Shown here: positions 9,901 to 18,276 of the stretch, in pieces | Layout: each line of letters begins with the position of its first letter | Position numbering within the stretch: the first letter of the stretch is position 1 | NCBI RefSeq assembly: GCF_000195855.1 | Contig: NC_002677.1 | Location: forward strand, 2,370,001-2,402,000 | Direction: 5' to 3' | Source: Mycobacterium leprae TN | GTDB lineage: Bacteria > Actinomycetota > Actinomycetes > Mycobacteriales > Mycobacteriaceae | DNA length: 32,000 nucleotides | Notes under the pieces: model-generated | What the model was told of the DNA's origin: nothing | The model's database searches: none | What the model saw: the letters and a program-made list of their open reading frames with translations, nothing else | Translations under genes and position numbers: made by a program

Positions 9901-10048
9901 AGAAACTTTCACTAGCTTGTCCGACTGCTTACTCTTCGCATGAGCAAAATGCAACCGATTTTTCATCAAGGAGGTATGGATCGTGACGGCGAGAGATGCT
10001 CAAAGATGTGGACCAAAAACAGTAAGTAAATGAGGAGAAAAAGAATCA

Positions 10049-10918
10049 ATGACGCTCGATGTGAAAGGTGATGGACTTGGTGCACAGGTCACAGGGGTTG
10101 ACCCCAAAAACTTAGACAGTATATCCACCGCCGAAATCCGCAAAATAGTTTATGTCAATAAGCTTGTTGTTTTAAAAGACGTCCACCCAACTCCAGAAGA
10201 ATTTATAAAACTTGGCAGGATAATCGGAGAAATCGTTCCTTATTACGAACCTATTTATCGCCATAAAGATTATCCTGAAATATTTGTTTCTTCTACCGAG
10301 GAAGGGCAGGGTGTTCCGAACACCGGCGCCTTCTGGCATGTCGACTATATATTCATGCCGGAACCTTTTGCATTTTCTATGACTCTGCCTCTTGCGATGC
10401 CCGGACACGACCGCGGGACTCATTTTATCGACCTCAGCCAGGTTTGGGAATCGCTTCCCAACGCTATGAAAGACTCGGTGCGGGGAACGTATAGTAATCA
10501 TTCTCCTCGGCGCTATATCAAAATACGCCCAAGCGATGTTTACCGACCTGTAGGAGAAGTCCTAGCCGAGATCGAAGAGGTCACTCCCCCGCAGAAGTGG
10601 CCTACAGTGATCAAGCACCCGAAGACCGGGCAGGAAATCCTTTACATTTGCGAAGCAGCCACCGTTTCGGTCGAGGACAAAAACGGAAATCTACTTGACC
10701 CGATGGTGCTGCAAGAGCTCCTAACCGCGTCGGGCCAGCTTGACCCCGACTGCAAATCGCTGCTTATACATACTCAACACTACGAGGTTGGTGACGTCGT
10801 CTTGTGGGATAACCGGGCTCTTGTGCACCGGGCGAAACACGGCACGGTCTCGGGCACCTTAATCACGTACCGTCTGACCTTGCTGGATGGCCTCAAGACA
10901 CCGGGATATGCCGTATGA
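10049..10918 (+). CDS. TauD/TfdA-family Fe(II)/2-oxoglutarate dioxygenase (Rv0097 / ScoE / MmaE type; isonitrile-forming enzyme)
   Basis: 289-aa ORF. GAGGAG at 10033-10038 lies upstream of ATG 10049. HxD facial-triad text FWHVDY, with a distal His in ALVHRAKHG. The length matches Rv0097 (289 aa from memory). Confidence 0.85.
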   Translation: MTLDVKGDGLGAQVTGVDPKNLDSISTAEIRKIVYVNKLVVLKDVHPTPEEFIKLGRIIGEIVPYYEPIYRHKDYPEIFVSSTEEGQGVPNTGAFWHVDYIFMPEPFAFSMTLPLAMPGHDRGTHFIDLSQVWESLPNAMKDSVRGTYSNHSPRRYIKIRPSDVYRPVGEVLAEIEEVTPPQKWPTVIKHPKTGQEILYICEAATVSVEDKNGNLLDPMVLQELLTASGQLDPDCKSLLIHTQHYEVGDVVLWDNRALVHRAKHGTVSGTLITYRLTLLDGLKTPGYAV

Positions 10919-11466
10919 GCGCCGAGTTGGCCCCTTCTCTGCAGAACGCGGCGGAATCCACAAACACCTTTCCTATGGCAGAAGATTTGCTTGGCAGCAT
11001 ACTGGAACCCTACTCTTACAAGGGATGCCGCTACCTCATTGACGCACAGTACAGAGCCAGCCCTGATTCGGTCTTCGCTTATGGCAATTTCGGGATTGAA
11101 GAGTCCGCTTACATTCGAGGTACAGGCCACTTCAATGCGGTGGAGCTGATGCTGTGTTTCAATCAGTTAGGTTACAGCGCGTACGCTCAAAGTGTCGTCA
11201 ACAAGGATATTTCCGCACTTCGAGGTTGGTCAATCGCAGATTATTGCAGGAACCAGCTTTCCGGCATATTGATTAAAAACACATCATCGCGATTTAAAAA
11301 GCTGATCAACCCTCAAAAATTTTCTGCACGTTTGCATGTATATGATCTCCGCATCGTCGAACGAACATGGCGCTATCTCCAGTTATCGAACACCATCGAA
11401 TTTTGGGACGATAACGGAGGGTCTGCGATAGGGGAATTCGAGGTCGCGATACTTAACATCCCGTAA
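10915..11466 (+). CDS. fcoT: FcoT-like hotdog thioesterase (Rv0098 / ScoD / MmaD type)
   Basis: 183-aa ORF whose ATG overlaps the upstream stop (ATGA at 10915-10918). The strings YSYKGCRYLIDAQY, GHFNAVELMLCFNQLGYSAY and NPQKFSARL match my memory of M. tuberculosis FcoT almost residue for residue. Confidence 0.85.
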   Translation: MSAELAPSLQNAAESTNTFPMAEDLLGSILEPYSYKGCRYLIDAQYRASPDSVFAYGNFGIEESAYIRGTGHFNAVELMLCFNQLGYSAYAQSVVNKDISALRGWSIADYCRNQLSGILIKNTSSRFKKLINPQKFSARLHVYDLRIVERTWRYLQLSNTIEFWDDNGGSAIGEFEVAILNIP

Positions 11467-11495
11467 TTTACTTGTAGGAGATTCGCTTTACAGCT

Positions 11496-13094
11496 ATGTC
11501 GCACTTACCGCCTACAGTCCTGGAACGGATACTGAAGCAGGCACACGAGCGTCCGGAGGCAATCGCCTTGCGTCGCAGCGACGGGACAAGCGAGCTGCGG
11601 TACGGTCAGCTTGTTGCCGAAGTCAATGGGCTTGCCGCGCATCTTAGTGCTCAGTCGGTTTCTCAAAGATCCCGGGTTCTCGTCATTTCGGACAACGGTC
11701 CCGAGACATACCTGTCGGTGCTGGCTTGCGCGAAGCTCGGAGCGATCGCAGTCATGGTGGACGGCAATCTTCCGCCCGCAACCATCAGTCGTTTCAGCGA
11801 AATCTGTGACCCCAGTGCGGTCCTTGTCGCGCGAGAGTGCAGAATAGACTCTTCCTCGCTGCCGGAAATACTACACTCAATACCGGCCATAACGGTCAAT
11901 ACCACCGCTGATGCAACGTATTCCGCTTGCTCGTTGGATATAGATTATTTAGCCGGTAACCTAAACTACGGCACCGATGACCCGTTGGCGATGACCTTCA
12001 CCAGCGGTACAACCGGCGAGCCAAAGGCCGTGCTGCTACCCAATCGCACCTTCTTTGCTATTCCAGACATTTTACGGGAAAAAGGTCTGGCCTGGATCGA
12101 TTGGGTCGTCAACGAAACCACCTACTCACCTCTGTCGGCGACGCATATCGGCGGCCTCTGGTGGATACTCAACTGTTTAATGCATGGAGGGTTATGTATC
12201 ACCGGCGGTGAGCACACGTCGTCGTTAACGGAGGTTCTTAACGCGAATAAAGTCGCAACAACATGCCTAGTTCCAACCCTTCTTTCGAAACTGGTTTACG
12301 AACTGAAGTTCGGCGATGTGGTGACTCCGCCGTTGCGACTAATTGTTTACGGTGGTTCGCGGGTAATTGCAGCTGATGTGCGATTTATTGAAGCTGCGGG
12401 TGTGCGCACCGCACAGTTCTACGGTTTGAGCGAAACGGGCTGCACCGCCTTGTGTTTACCAACCGATAATGGATCAATCTCCAAAATCGAGGCTGGCGCT
12501 GTTGGACGTCCATACCCTGGTGTGGAAGTGTATCTGGCAGATCCAAATGGTGGCGGACCCACTGTCGCAGACACTGCTTCTTCCGCATCCTTCGGCACGC
12601 TGTGGATTAAATCACCAGCAAACATGTTAGGGTACTGGAATAATCCGGAACGCACCCGAGAAATTCTAGTTGACGGGTGGGTGAACACCGGCGACCTTGT
12701 GGAGCGACGCGAGGACGGTTTCTTCTATATCAAAGGAAGATCCTCGGAGATGATCGTCTCCGGTGGAGTCAACATTGTGCCCGATGAGGTTGATCGCATC
12801 GCCGAAAGCGTTTCGGGCGTTGGTGAGGCCGCATGCTACGAAATACCCGATGCGCATTTCGGAGCGCTAGTCGGTTTGGCCGTAATCCCATCGGCAGAGC
12901 TGAACGAGTCAACAGCGATCGAGCTCAAACGAAGGATTGCGGCTCGTTATCGGCGTGAGTCGGAATCGATGGCGCGCCCGTCTAAGATCGTGATCGTTGC
13001 GGATATTCCTCGCACGCAGTCCGGCAAAGTCATCCGTGCAACACTAGCAGCAGCGCTGAACGGAGAGCAACTCGGAATGGTCGTTCGTGACTGA
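11496..13094 (+). CDS. fadD10: Fatty acyl-AMP ligase FadD10 (Rv0099 / ScoC type)
   Basis: 532-aa ORF with AGGAG upstream. Adenylate-forming motifs FTSGTTGEPKAV, YGLSETG, GDLVERREDGFFYIKGRSSEMI and PRTQSGKV. Collinear with M. tuberculosis FadD10. Confidence 0.9.
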   Translation: MSHLPPTVLERILKQAHERPEAIALRRSDGTSELRYGQLVAEVNGLAAHLSAQSVSQRSRVLVISDNGPETYLSVLACAKLGAIAVMVDGNLPPATISRFSEICDPSAVLVARECRIDSSSLPEILHSIPAITVNTTADATYSACSLDIDYLAGNLNYGTDDPLAMTFTSGTTGEPKAVLLPNRTFFAIPDILREKGLAWIDWVVNETTYSPLSATHIGGLWWILNCLMHGGLCITGGEHTSSLTEVLNANKVATTCLVPTLLSKLVYELKFGDVVTPPLRLIVYGGSRVIAADVRFIEAAGVRTAQFYGLSETGCTALCLPTDNGSISKIEAGAVGRPYPGVEVYLADPNGGGPTVADTASSASFGTLWIKSPANMLGYWNNPERTREILVDGWVNTGDLVERREDGFFYIKGRSSEMIVSGGVNIVPDEVDRIAESVSGVGEAACYEIPDAHFGALVGLAVIPSAELNESTAIELKRRIAARYRRESESMARPSKIVIVADIPRTQSGKVIRATLAAALNGEQLGMVVRD

Positions 13095-13323
13095 GACAGC
13101 ACGGGAAAGGATTCTCACGGCTGTCTGTGAGGTGTTGTACATAGCAGAATCAGATTTGGTTGACGGCGATGAAACCGATCTTCGCGACCTCGGGCTAGAC
13201 TCTGTTCGGTTCACGCTCTTAATGAAGCAACTCGGTCTGAGCCAAGAAGCTGAGATGCAATCCAAATTGATGGACAATTTTTCGATTGCAAACTGGGTTC
13301 GCCAGCTGGAGAGTTCTACGTGA
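13087..13323 (+). CDS. Acyl carrier protein (Rv0100 / ScoB type)
   Basis: 78-aa ORF. GTG start at 13087 overlaps the fadD10 stop by 8 nt. The phosphopantetheine-site text is LRDLGLDSVRF (GLDS). Confidence 0.8.
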   Translation: MTETARERILTAVCEVLYIAESDLVDGDETDLRDLGLDSVRFTLLMKQLGLSQEAEMQSKLMDNFSIANWVRQLESST

Positions 13324-16300
13324 CGGCGCCAAACACACGTCGCGTCGATCGTGTTCCCTTGAGTCGATCTCAGCAGAACATTTACAACGGAATGTTGCAG
13401 GACAACGATCCCGCTTTGTATTTTATCGGTAAAAGCTATCGATTCCACCAGCTGGAGCTGTCGGTGTTCCTGGCGGCTCTGGAAGCAACGATCCTCAAAA
13501 ACCCTGGGCAACTTTGCGTTCTTGAGGCGCCCTCGACAGAGGGTGACTATCCGGATCTCGTGCCGAGGCTGCAGTTCGGCGACATCGTGCGCGTGCGGTC
13601 CGACGAACAGCCGCAGACAGACAGTCGTGACTACGACCTTATGCACGCCTGGTCTCCTGACATCCTCGCCAAGCCACTCGTGCGGTACACCGTGCGGACC
13701 GACAAGAACGGCTTTGTGGCACGTCTCGATGTCTTCACCCATCACATACTGGTTGATGGCGGCGCGATTAGGATCATTGAGGAAAATTTGGCACATCACC
13801 TTGACACCGATAATCGACTCGAGATCCCTTGTATCCGACAAGCTCTGGACAAACTTGCAGAAGCACACCGTCGTGAGGCGACCAAGGTGGAGGAATCGCT
13901 ACAGCGTCTGGCCAATGTCGTGCAACGTGAGCTAGCCGACGAAGTGCGTAACGGTGGGTATGGTCAAGTCTCAAACGACGCCCCCGGGAACGCTGCCCGG
14001 GGAGTGCTTCACGAATCAATGATAATCTGCGGTAAGGCATTTGATAATATTATCGCCTTGTCAGAGACTAAACAGGTGCCACTTAACATATTGGTGGCCA
14101 CGGCGGCAGTAGCAGTGGACGCTAGCCTTAGGCAGAGCACCGAGGGCCTGCTGGTTCACGCTGTGGACAACCGCTTCGGAGATCCCTATCTGGACGTTGC
14201 TACATGCCTGGTCAATTCGGTTGCACACTCGATCCGTTTTCCTCCATTTGCGTCGGTGCAAGATGTCGTCCGAACACTTGACCGGTCCTACGTCAAGGCA
14301 ATTAGACTCCGCTGGCTTCGCGAGGAATATTACCGACGAATATATTTGGCGCTCAACCAGACATCTCACATTGAGGCTTTGACGCTCAATTTCATACGCG
14401 AGCCATGCGCGCCCGGCCTTCGCCCTTTCTTGTCGGAAGTACCGACGGTGACGGATATCGGTCCGGTCGAGGGCATGACCGTGGCTTGTGTTCTGAACGA
14501 AGACGAGCGCACACTTGATCTGTCGATCTGGAACAGAGTAGATCTGCCCCAGGGAAAGTCATGTACCCGTGTCGCAAAACGAATCGCTGCAGCGTTGGAA
14601 TTGATGGCAGCGGCGTGGGATCAGCCGATCGCCATGATTGTCAACGAATGGTTTGGGATCAGTTCAGACGGTGCCCTCTGCCTAGGTAATGAAGTTACCC
14701 AGACAACGCGACCACTGGCTCCGGCATGGTTTCTGGACCCTGGGGGAAGCGTTCACCTGACTGTTGACAAACGTCGCTACGTCCATCCATGGATTGCCTG
14801 GCTGGTAAGGGGCAGCGTCGTGCCAGGTGACGTGCTGGTGTTCACTGACGACAACACGGACAAGACCATCGACCTCTTGATCGCGTGCCATCTTGCGGGC
14901 TGCGGCTACAGTGTCTGTGACACTGTAGCCGAGGTTCCCTTGCGGGCGAAGGCGATTACCGACCACGGTGGTGGTGTCTCTGCCCGCGTGATCGATGTGG
15001 CTGCTACCCAGCTCGCAGTGACCCCGGATAACGAGCAAAGCAAGCTCGCTGACAAGCTTATTAAGCAAGCAGCACAAGATATTTCACTAGCAGACAAAAC
15101 CGCGTACATCATGCCGACATCAGGTTCAACCGGGCAGCCCAAACTCGTCCAAGTTTCACACGGGTCGCTTGCGCTCTTTTGTGACGCGGTGAGAAACGCA
15201 TATGGGTGGGGAGCACACGACACCATACTCCAGTGCGCGCCATTGACATCGGACATCAGTGTCGAGGAGATCTTTGGTGGAGCGATTTGTGGATCGAAGT
15301 TGGTCCGATCCACCGCCATGAAAACTGGTGATCTAGCGGAACTCGCACGAGATATCTTCGTGCAGAGGGCAACAGTCATCGACCTACCGACCGCAGTGTG
15401 GCATTTGCTGTGCGACCACAGCGACGCGATTGACGAGATCAACCGTTCTTGCCTTCGACAGATCGTCATTGGGGGTGAAGCCGTTCGTCCCTGCGCTGTC
15501 GACAAGTGGATTGATTCCGGTGCTTCACAAGGTATTTCACTTATGTCGACCTATGGACCGACAGAGACTACGGTCGTTGTCACGTATTTGCCGATCGTCT
15601 GCGCTCCGATGACCGTCGAGAGTGACGCTCGCCTCAGGCTGGGCTGGCCGATAGTGCCCAACACGGTGTTCATCGCCTTCGGCGAACTCGTTATCGTTGG
15701 TGATTTGGTCTCTGTTGGCTATCTCGGGATCGATAGCCGCAACTTCGGCACTGTGACCACCACGGACGGTTCGTGCCGTCGCGCGTTTGCTACTGCCGAC
15801 TGTGTGATCCTCGATGACGAGGGTTTTCCGGTGTTCTCCGGACGCAAAGACGCCGTCGTCAAAATCTCCGGCAAGCGTGTCGACACCGCCGAGTTAATTC
15901 GGCGTATCTCCACGGACCCTAACGTCTCCGATGTTGCTGTCGAAGTTTACAACGGTCGTCTCGGAGTGTGGTTCGAGACGAAGCTGACCCGCGAAGGCGT
16001 CGACGATGCTGCGGCAGCGACACGGAGCAGGCTAATTCTTGCGAGCTTGGGAGTGTCCTCGTTTTTCGTGGTAGGCGTGCCGTGTATTCCGCGGAAGCCT
16101 AACGGGAAAATTGACCGCGACAACCTGCTGGTGATGCCCCAGCTTGTCGACTCTGTACAAAACTATGCCGGGTCGGGTGAGGGGGCAGCCGGTCTCGCGG
16201 AAATCTGGAGTCGGCACCTAGGCAGGGCTATCCTCCCGGACTCATCGCTACTCGATGAGGGGATCGGCTCGGTGGATCTCATCAGGATACTTCCCGACAC

Positions 16301-17525
16301 TCGTAGACATCTGGGTCGGCACCTCTCGCTTCTGGATCTAATCAGCGCCGATAACGCCGCCAACCTGACTGCCGCGCAGACAGCCAATGTATGGATGGAC
16401 GTCGGCACCGCCGCCGAGATAGAACGTGATCTTGCTTCACTGTGCAGGCAACGAAACGCTACGGAGTTCAGCGTCAAACAGACCCGGAATAGCCACCAAA
16501 AACAGGCGATCGTCGTGCTGGGCGCGTCGGGAATTTTGGGCACTGGCTTTGCCCAAGCAGTCCTCGATCTAAGACAGTCAGGAGTGTTGTGTCCCGAGGT
16601 GGTCTTGGCTACGAGGGCGAGACTCCCCGAAGGCGATCCATGGACAGCGCTGCAAGGCGTTGATGGGGTTCGGATCGAACGTATCTCTTTTGAGAATGGC
16701 CCTGGAGAGCTGGAGGCACTAATACGTGACACTGACGCCGGAACCCTGGTGAACGGTGTCGGCAATACCAACATGCTAGTGCCATACCGTGAACTGCGGC
16801 TGGCCAACGTAGAGCTGGTTTCCGCGATAGTCGATATATGCGCGAGTTATAGTACCAGGTTGGTACATTTGTCGTCATTCGTCGTCAATGCGGATGTCAC
16901 TGTGCCTCAGGTCACCGATCCCCGTGAAACGCCTTATCCGTATGCGGCATCCAAGTCACTCGCGGAGCTAGTCGTTGCCGGATCACCATCTGCGCTCGAT
17001 TTCACCATCGTGCGCCTGCCCCGGGTACTTGGCGAAGACTATCAATTACGCAATTCCTCTGACATTCTACTCTCGATTGTTGATGCCTGTATTGCGTTGC
17101 GCGCCTACCCTTCCGCAACAGTGACGGAAGAAGTCACTACCGGCCGAGCCGCGGCGAAGGCGATCTTGGGCGTGGTGTCGGCGTTAGCTAGATCGGGTCA
17201 GCTGGGGAGCGGAATTTCCGTGGTACGTGGCGAGGCGGTGGCATACGCGGATTTTCTCAGTGAGTTCGCTAGCGATGAACTCAATATGGCGGAGTGGAAG
17301 TATCGACTGGATCAAAGCGACTGGGCGAAGAGAAATCCACGAAGGTGGTCGGTGATCGATGCGTGGTTCACCTTGGGTATGATGTTCGAGATGCGATCCT
17401 ACGCAGAATATCCGACCATGGCCCTCGGCGTCGAGTCCGTCGCCGAGCTTGCCGCGCCACCAGAGTCGATTCGAGCCCTACTAGCGCACGGATGTTCACA
17501 GCCACTGAAATATACTGGCAGATAG
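13320..17525 (+). CDS. nrp: Non-ribosomal peptide synthetase, single module C-A-T-R (Rv0101/nrp orthologue; MmaA-like architecture)
   Basis: 1401-aa ORF. GTG start overlaps the ACP stop (GTGA at 13320-13323). Motifs: HHILVDG (aa 141-147), YIMPTSGSTGQPK (A3), STYGPTETT (A5), GRKDAVVKISGKRV (A8), PRKPNGKIDR (A10), carrier GIGS (Ser984), GASGILG (aa 1068-1074), and Y1208-x3-K1212. Confidence 0.9.
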   Translation: MTAPNTRRVDRVPLSRSQQNIYNGMLQDNDPALYFIGKSYRFHQLELSVFLAALEATILKNPGQLCVLEAPSTEGDYPDLVPRLQFGDIVRVRSDEQPQTDSRDYDLMHAWSPDILAKPLVRYTVRTDKNGFVARLDVFTHHILVDGGAIRIIEENLAHHLDTDNRLEIPCIRQALDKLAEAHRREATKVEESLQRLANVVQRELADEVRNGGYGQVSNDAPGNAARGVLHESMIICGKAFDNIIALSETKQVPLNILVATAAVAVDASLRQSTEGLLVHAVDNRFGDPYLDVATCLVNSVAHSIRFPPFASVQDVVRTLDRSYVKAIRLRWLREEYYRRIYLALNQTSHIEALTLNFIREPCAPGLRPFLSEVPTVTDIGPVEGMTVACVLNEDERTLDLSIWNRVDLPQGKSCTRVAKRIAAALELMAAAWDQPIAMIVNEWFGISSDGALCLGNEVTQTTRPLAPAWFLDPGGSVHLTVDKRRYVHPWIAWLVRGSVVPGDVLVFTDDNTDKTIDLLIACHLAGCGYSVCDTVAEVPLRAKAITDHGGGVSARVIDVAATQLAVTPDNEQSKLADKLIKQAAQDISLADKTAYIMPTSGSTGQPKLVQVSHGSLALFCDAVRNAYGWGAHDTILQCAPLTSDISVEEIFGGAICGSKLVRSTAMKTGDLAELARDIFVQRATVIDLPTAVWHLLCDHSDAIDEINRSCLRQIVIGGEAVRPCAVDKWIDSGASQGISLMSTYGPTETTVVVTYLPIVCAPMTVESDARLRLGWPIVPNTVFIAFGELVIVGDLVSVGYLGIDSRNFGTVTTTDGSCRRAFATADCVILDDEGFPVFSGRKDAVVKISGKRVDTAELIRRISTDPNVSDVAVEVYNGRLGVWFETKLTREGVDDAAAATRSRLILASLGVSSFFVVGVPCIPRKPNGKIDRDNLLVMPQLVDSVQNYAGSGEGAAGLAEIWSRHLGRAILPDSSLLDEGIGSVDLIRILPDTRRHLGRHLSLLDLISADNAANLTAAQTANVWMDVGTAAEIERDLASLCRQRNATEFSVKQTRNSHQKQAIVVLGASGILGTGFAQAVLDLRQSGVLCPEVVLATRARLPEGDPWTALQGVDGVRIERISFENGPGELEALIRDTDAGTLVNGVGNTNMLVPYRELRLANVELVSAIVDICASYSTRLVHLSSFVVNADVTVPQVTDPRETPYPYAASKSLAELVVAGSPSALDFTIVRLPRVLGEDYQLRNSSDILLSIVDACIALRAYPSATVTEEVTTGRAAAKAILGVVSALARSGQLGSGISVVRGEAVAYADFLSEFASDELNMAEWKYRLDQSDWAKRNPRRWSVIDAWFTLGMMFEMRSYAEYPTMALGVESVAELAAPPESIRALLAHGCSQPLKYTGR
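13347..14639 (+). other. nrp: nrp condensation (C) domain
   Basis: HHxxxDG is encoded at 13740-13760. The boundaries are approximate and were set by eye. Confidence 0.65.
14757..16124 (+). other. nrp: nrp adenylation (A) domain
   Basis: Core motifs A2 (HLAGCGYSVCD), A3, A5, A6 (GELVIVGDLVSVGYLG), A8 and A10, read in order. The boundaries are approximate. Confidence 0.7.
16182..16379 (+). other. nrp: nrp thiolation (T/PCP) domain
   Basis: LDEGIGSVDLIRIL, with the Ser codon at 16269-16271. The motif deviates from the canonical GGDS/GGHS. Confidence 0.55.
16506..17522 (+). other. nrp: nrp terminal reductase (R, SDR-type) domain
   Basis: Rossmann text VVLGASGILGTGF and the catalytic YAASK. No TE or second C domain follows. 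Confidence 0.7.
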
Positions 17526-17531
17526 CAACTG

Positions 17532-18164
17532 CTAAACGTGAAACAGCAGAACACCGAACATAATAGCCATCCCGGTCGACATCATAGCCTGACCTGAGGG
17601 ATGCAGCGAACAATAGCGACTGAAGCCTGCATTCCTTCGCGATGTCGCGAAAGAACGGTACGTCCAGAAGACTGTCGCGATACAGAAGAACGCGAACCAG
17701 AGCCAGTTTATAATACTGATCCATCCAGGTATTCCGCTTGCCGGCACCACCGTTGTAGTCATGTCCACGCCCAGCATCGACGTATGGGGCGATGTATGAT
17801 GGCCAGTGGCCCAATGGTCGTGAAGATGACTGTCCATGATGACGTACATCCAGACCATAGCCAGCATCATGAGAGCCGGATATGCATATGCCGCCCGTTC
17901 AGCGATCCTTCGGGACGAAACGGTGGCCAAGATCACGAACCACGCCCCAACTAGCCCGCAAAACACCACGGTCCCTGTCGTTGGTAGCTGAGCACCCCGC
18001 GGCCAGGCCATCACTGCCATCGCGATTGCCATCGCAAAATGCAATCCATTGCTCGGAACCAGTGTCCACGGCCGGCGGCAGGCCAAACACGCGAAGCCAC
18101 ATTCGGCAGCGCTCAGCACGAACAGCCCGGTGACAACCCAACGCAGCAGTAAGTCATCAATCAT
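17532..18164 (-). CDS. Small polytopic membrane protein with a His-rich loop; function unknown (possibly DUF5134-like)
   Basis: 210-aa ORF with about 5-6 hydrophobic segments. The loop MDSHLHDHWATGHHTSPHTSM (nt ~17760-17837) has 6 His in 15 residues. The gene is convergent with nrp (6-nt gap) and divergent from the CopD/CtaG-like gene. Confidence 0.65.
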   Translation of the reverse strand: MIDDLLLRWVVTGLFVLSAAECGFACLACRRPWTLVPSNGLHFAMAIAMAVMAWPRGAQLPTTGTVVFCGLVGAWFVILATVSSRRIAERAAYAYPALMMLAMVWMYVIMDSHLHDHWATGHHTSPHTSMLGVDMTTTVVPASGIPGWISIINWLWFAFFCIATVFWTYRSFATSRRNAGFSRYCSLHPSGQAMMSTGMAIMFGVLLFHV

Positions 18165-18276
18165 GCGAGGTGTCGCCGCTCGGAGGGAGGCATCTGGCTA
18201 CTGTAGGTTGGCGTTGACCAACCGACGCTTGCCGGCCACCTACGTGGTCTGCTGTTAGCATCCGTAAGCTCAAGCA
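18165..18276. promoter_or_regulatory. Divergent intergenic region, presumed to hold promoters and operators for both membrane genes
   Basis: 112-bp gap between two divergent starts. It contains GGTTGG-N6-CCAACC (18206-18223) with TTGACC embedded. No confident -10/-35 pair could be assigned. Confidence 0.3.

Noticed and set aside
17368-17814. 148-aa minus-strand ORF overlapping both the nrp 3' end and the 210-aa membrane gene
   Set aside because: It is in a different frame from the hydrophobic, better-supported ORF at 17532-18164, and it overlaps the nrp coding sequence. It has no recognisable features.
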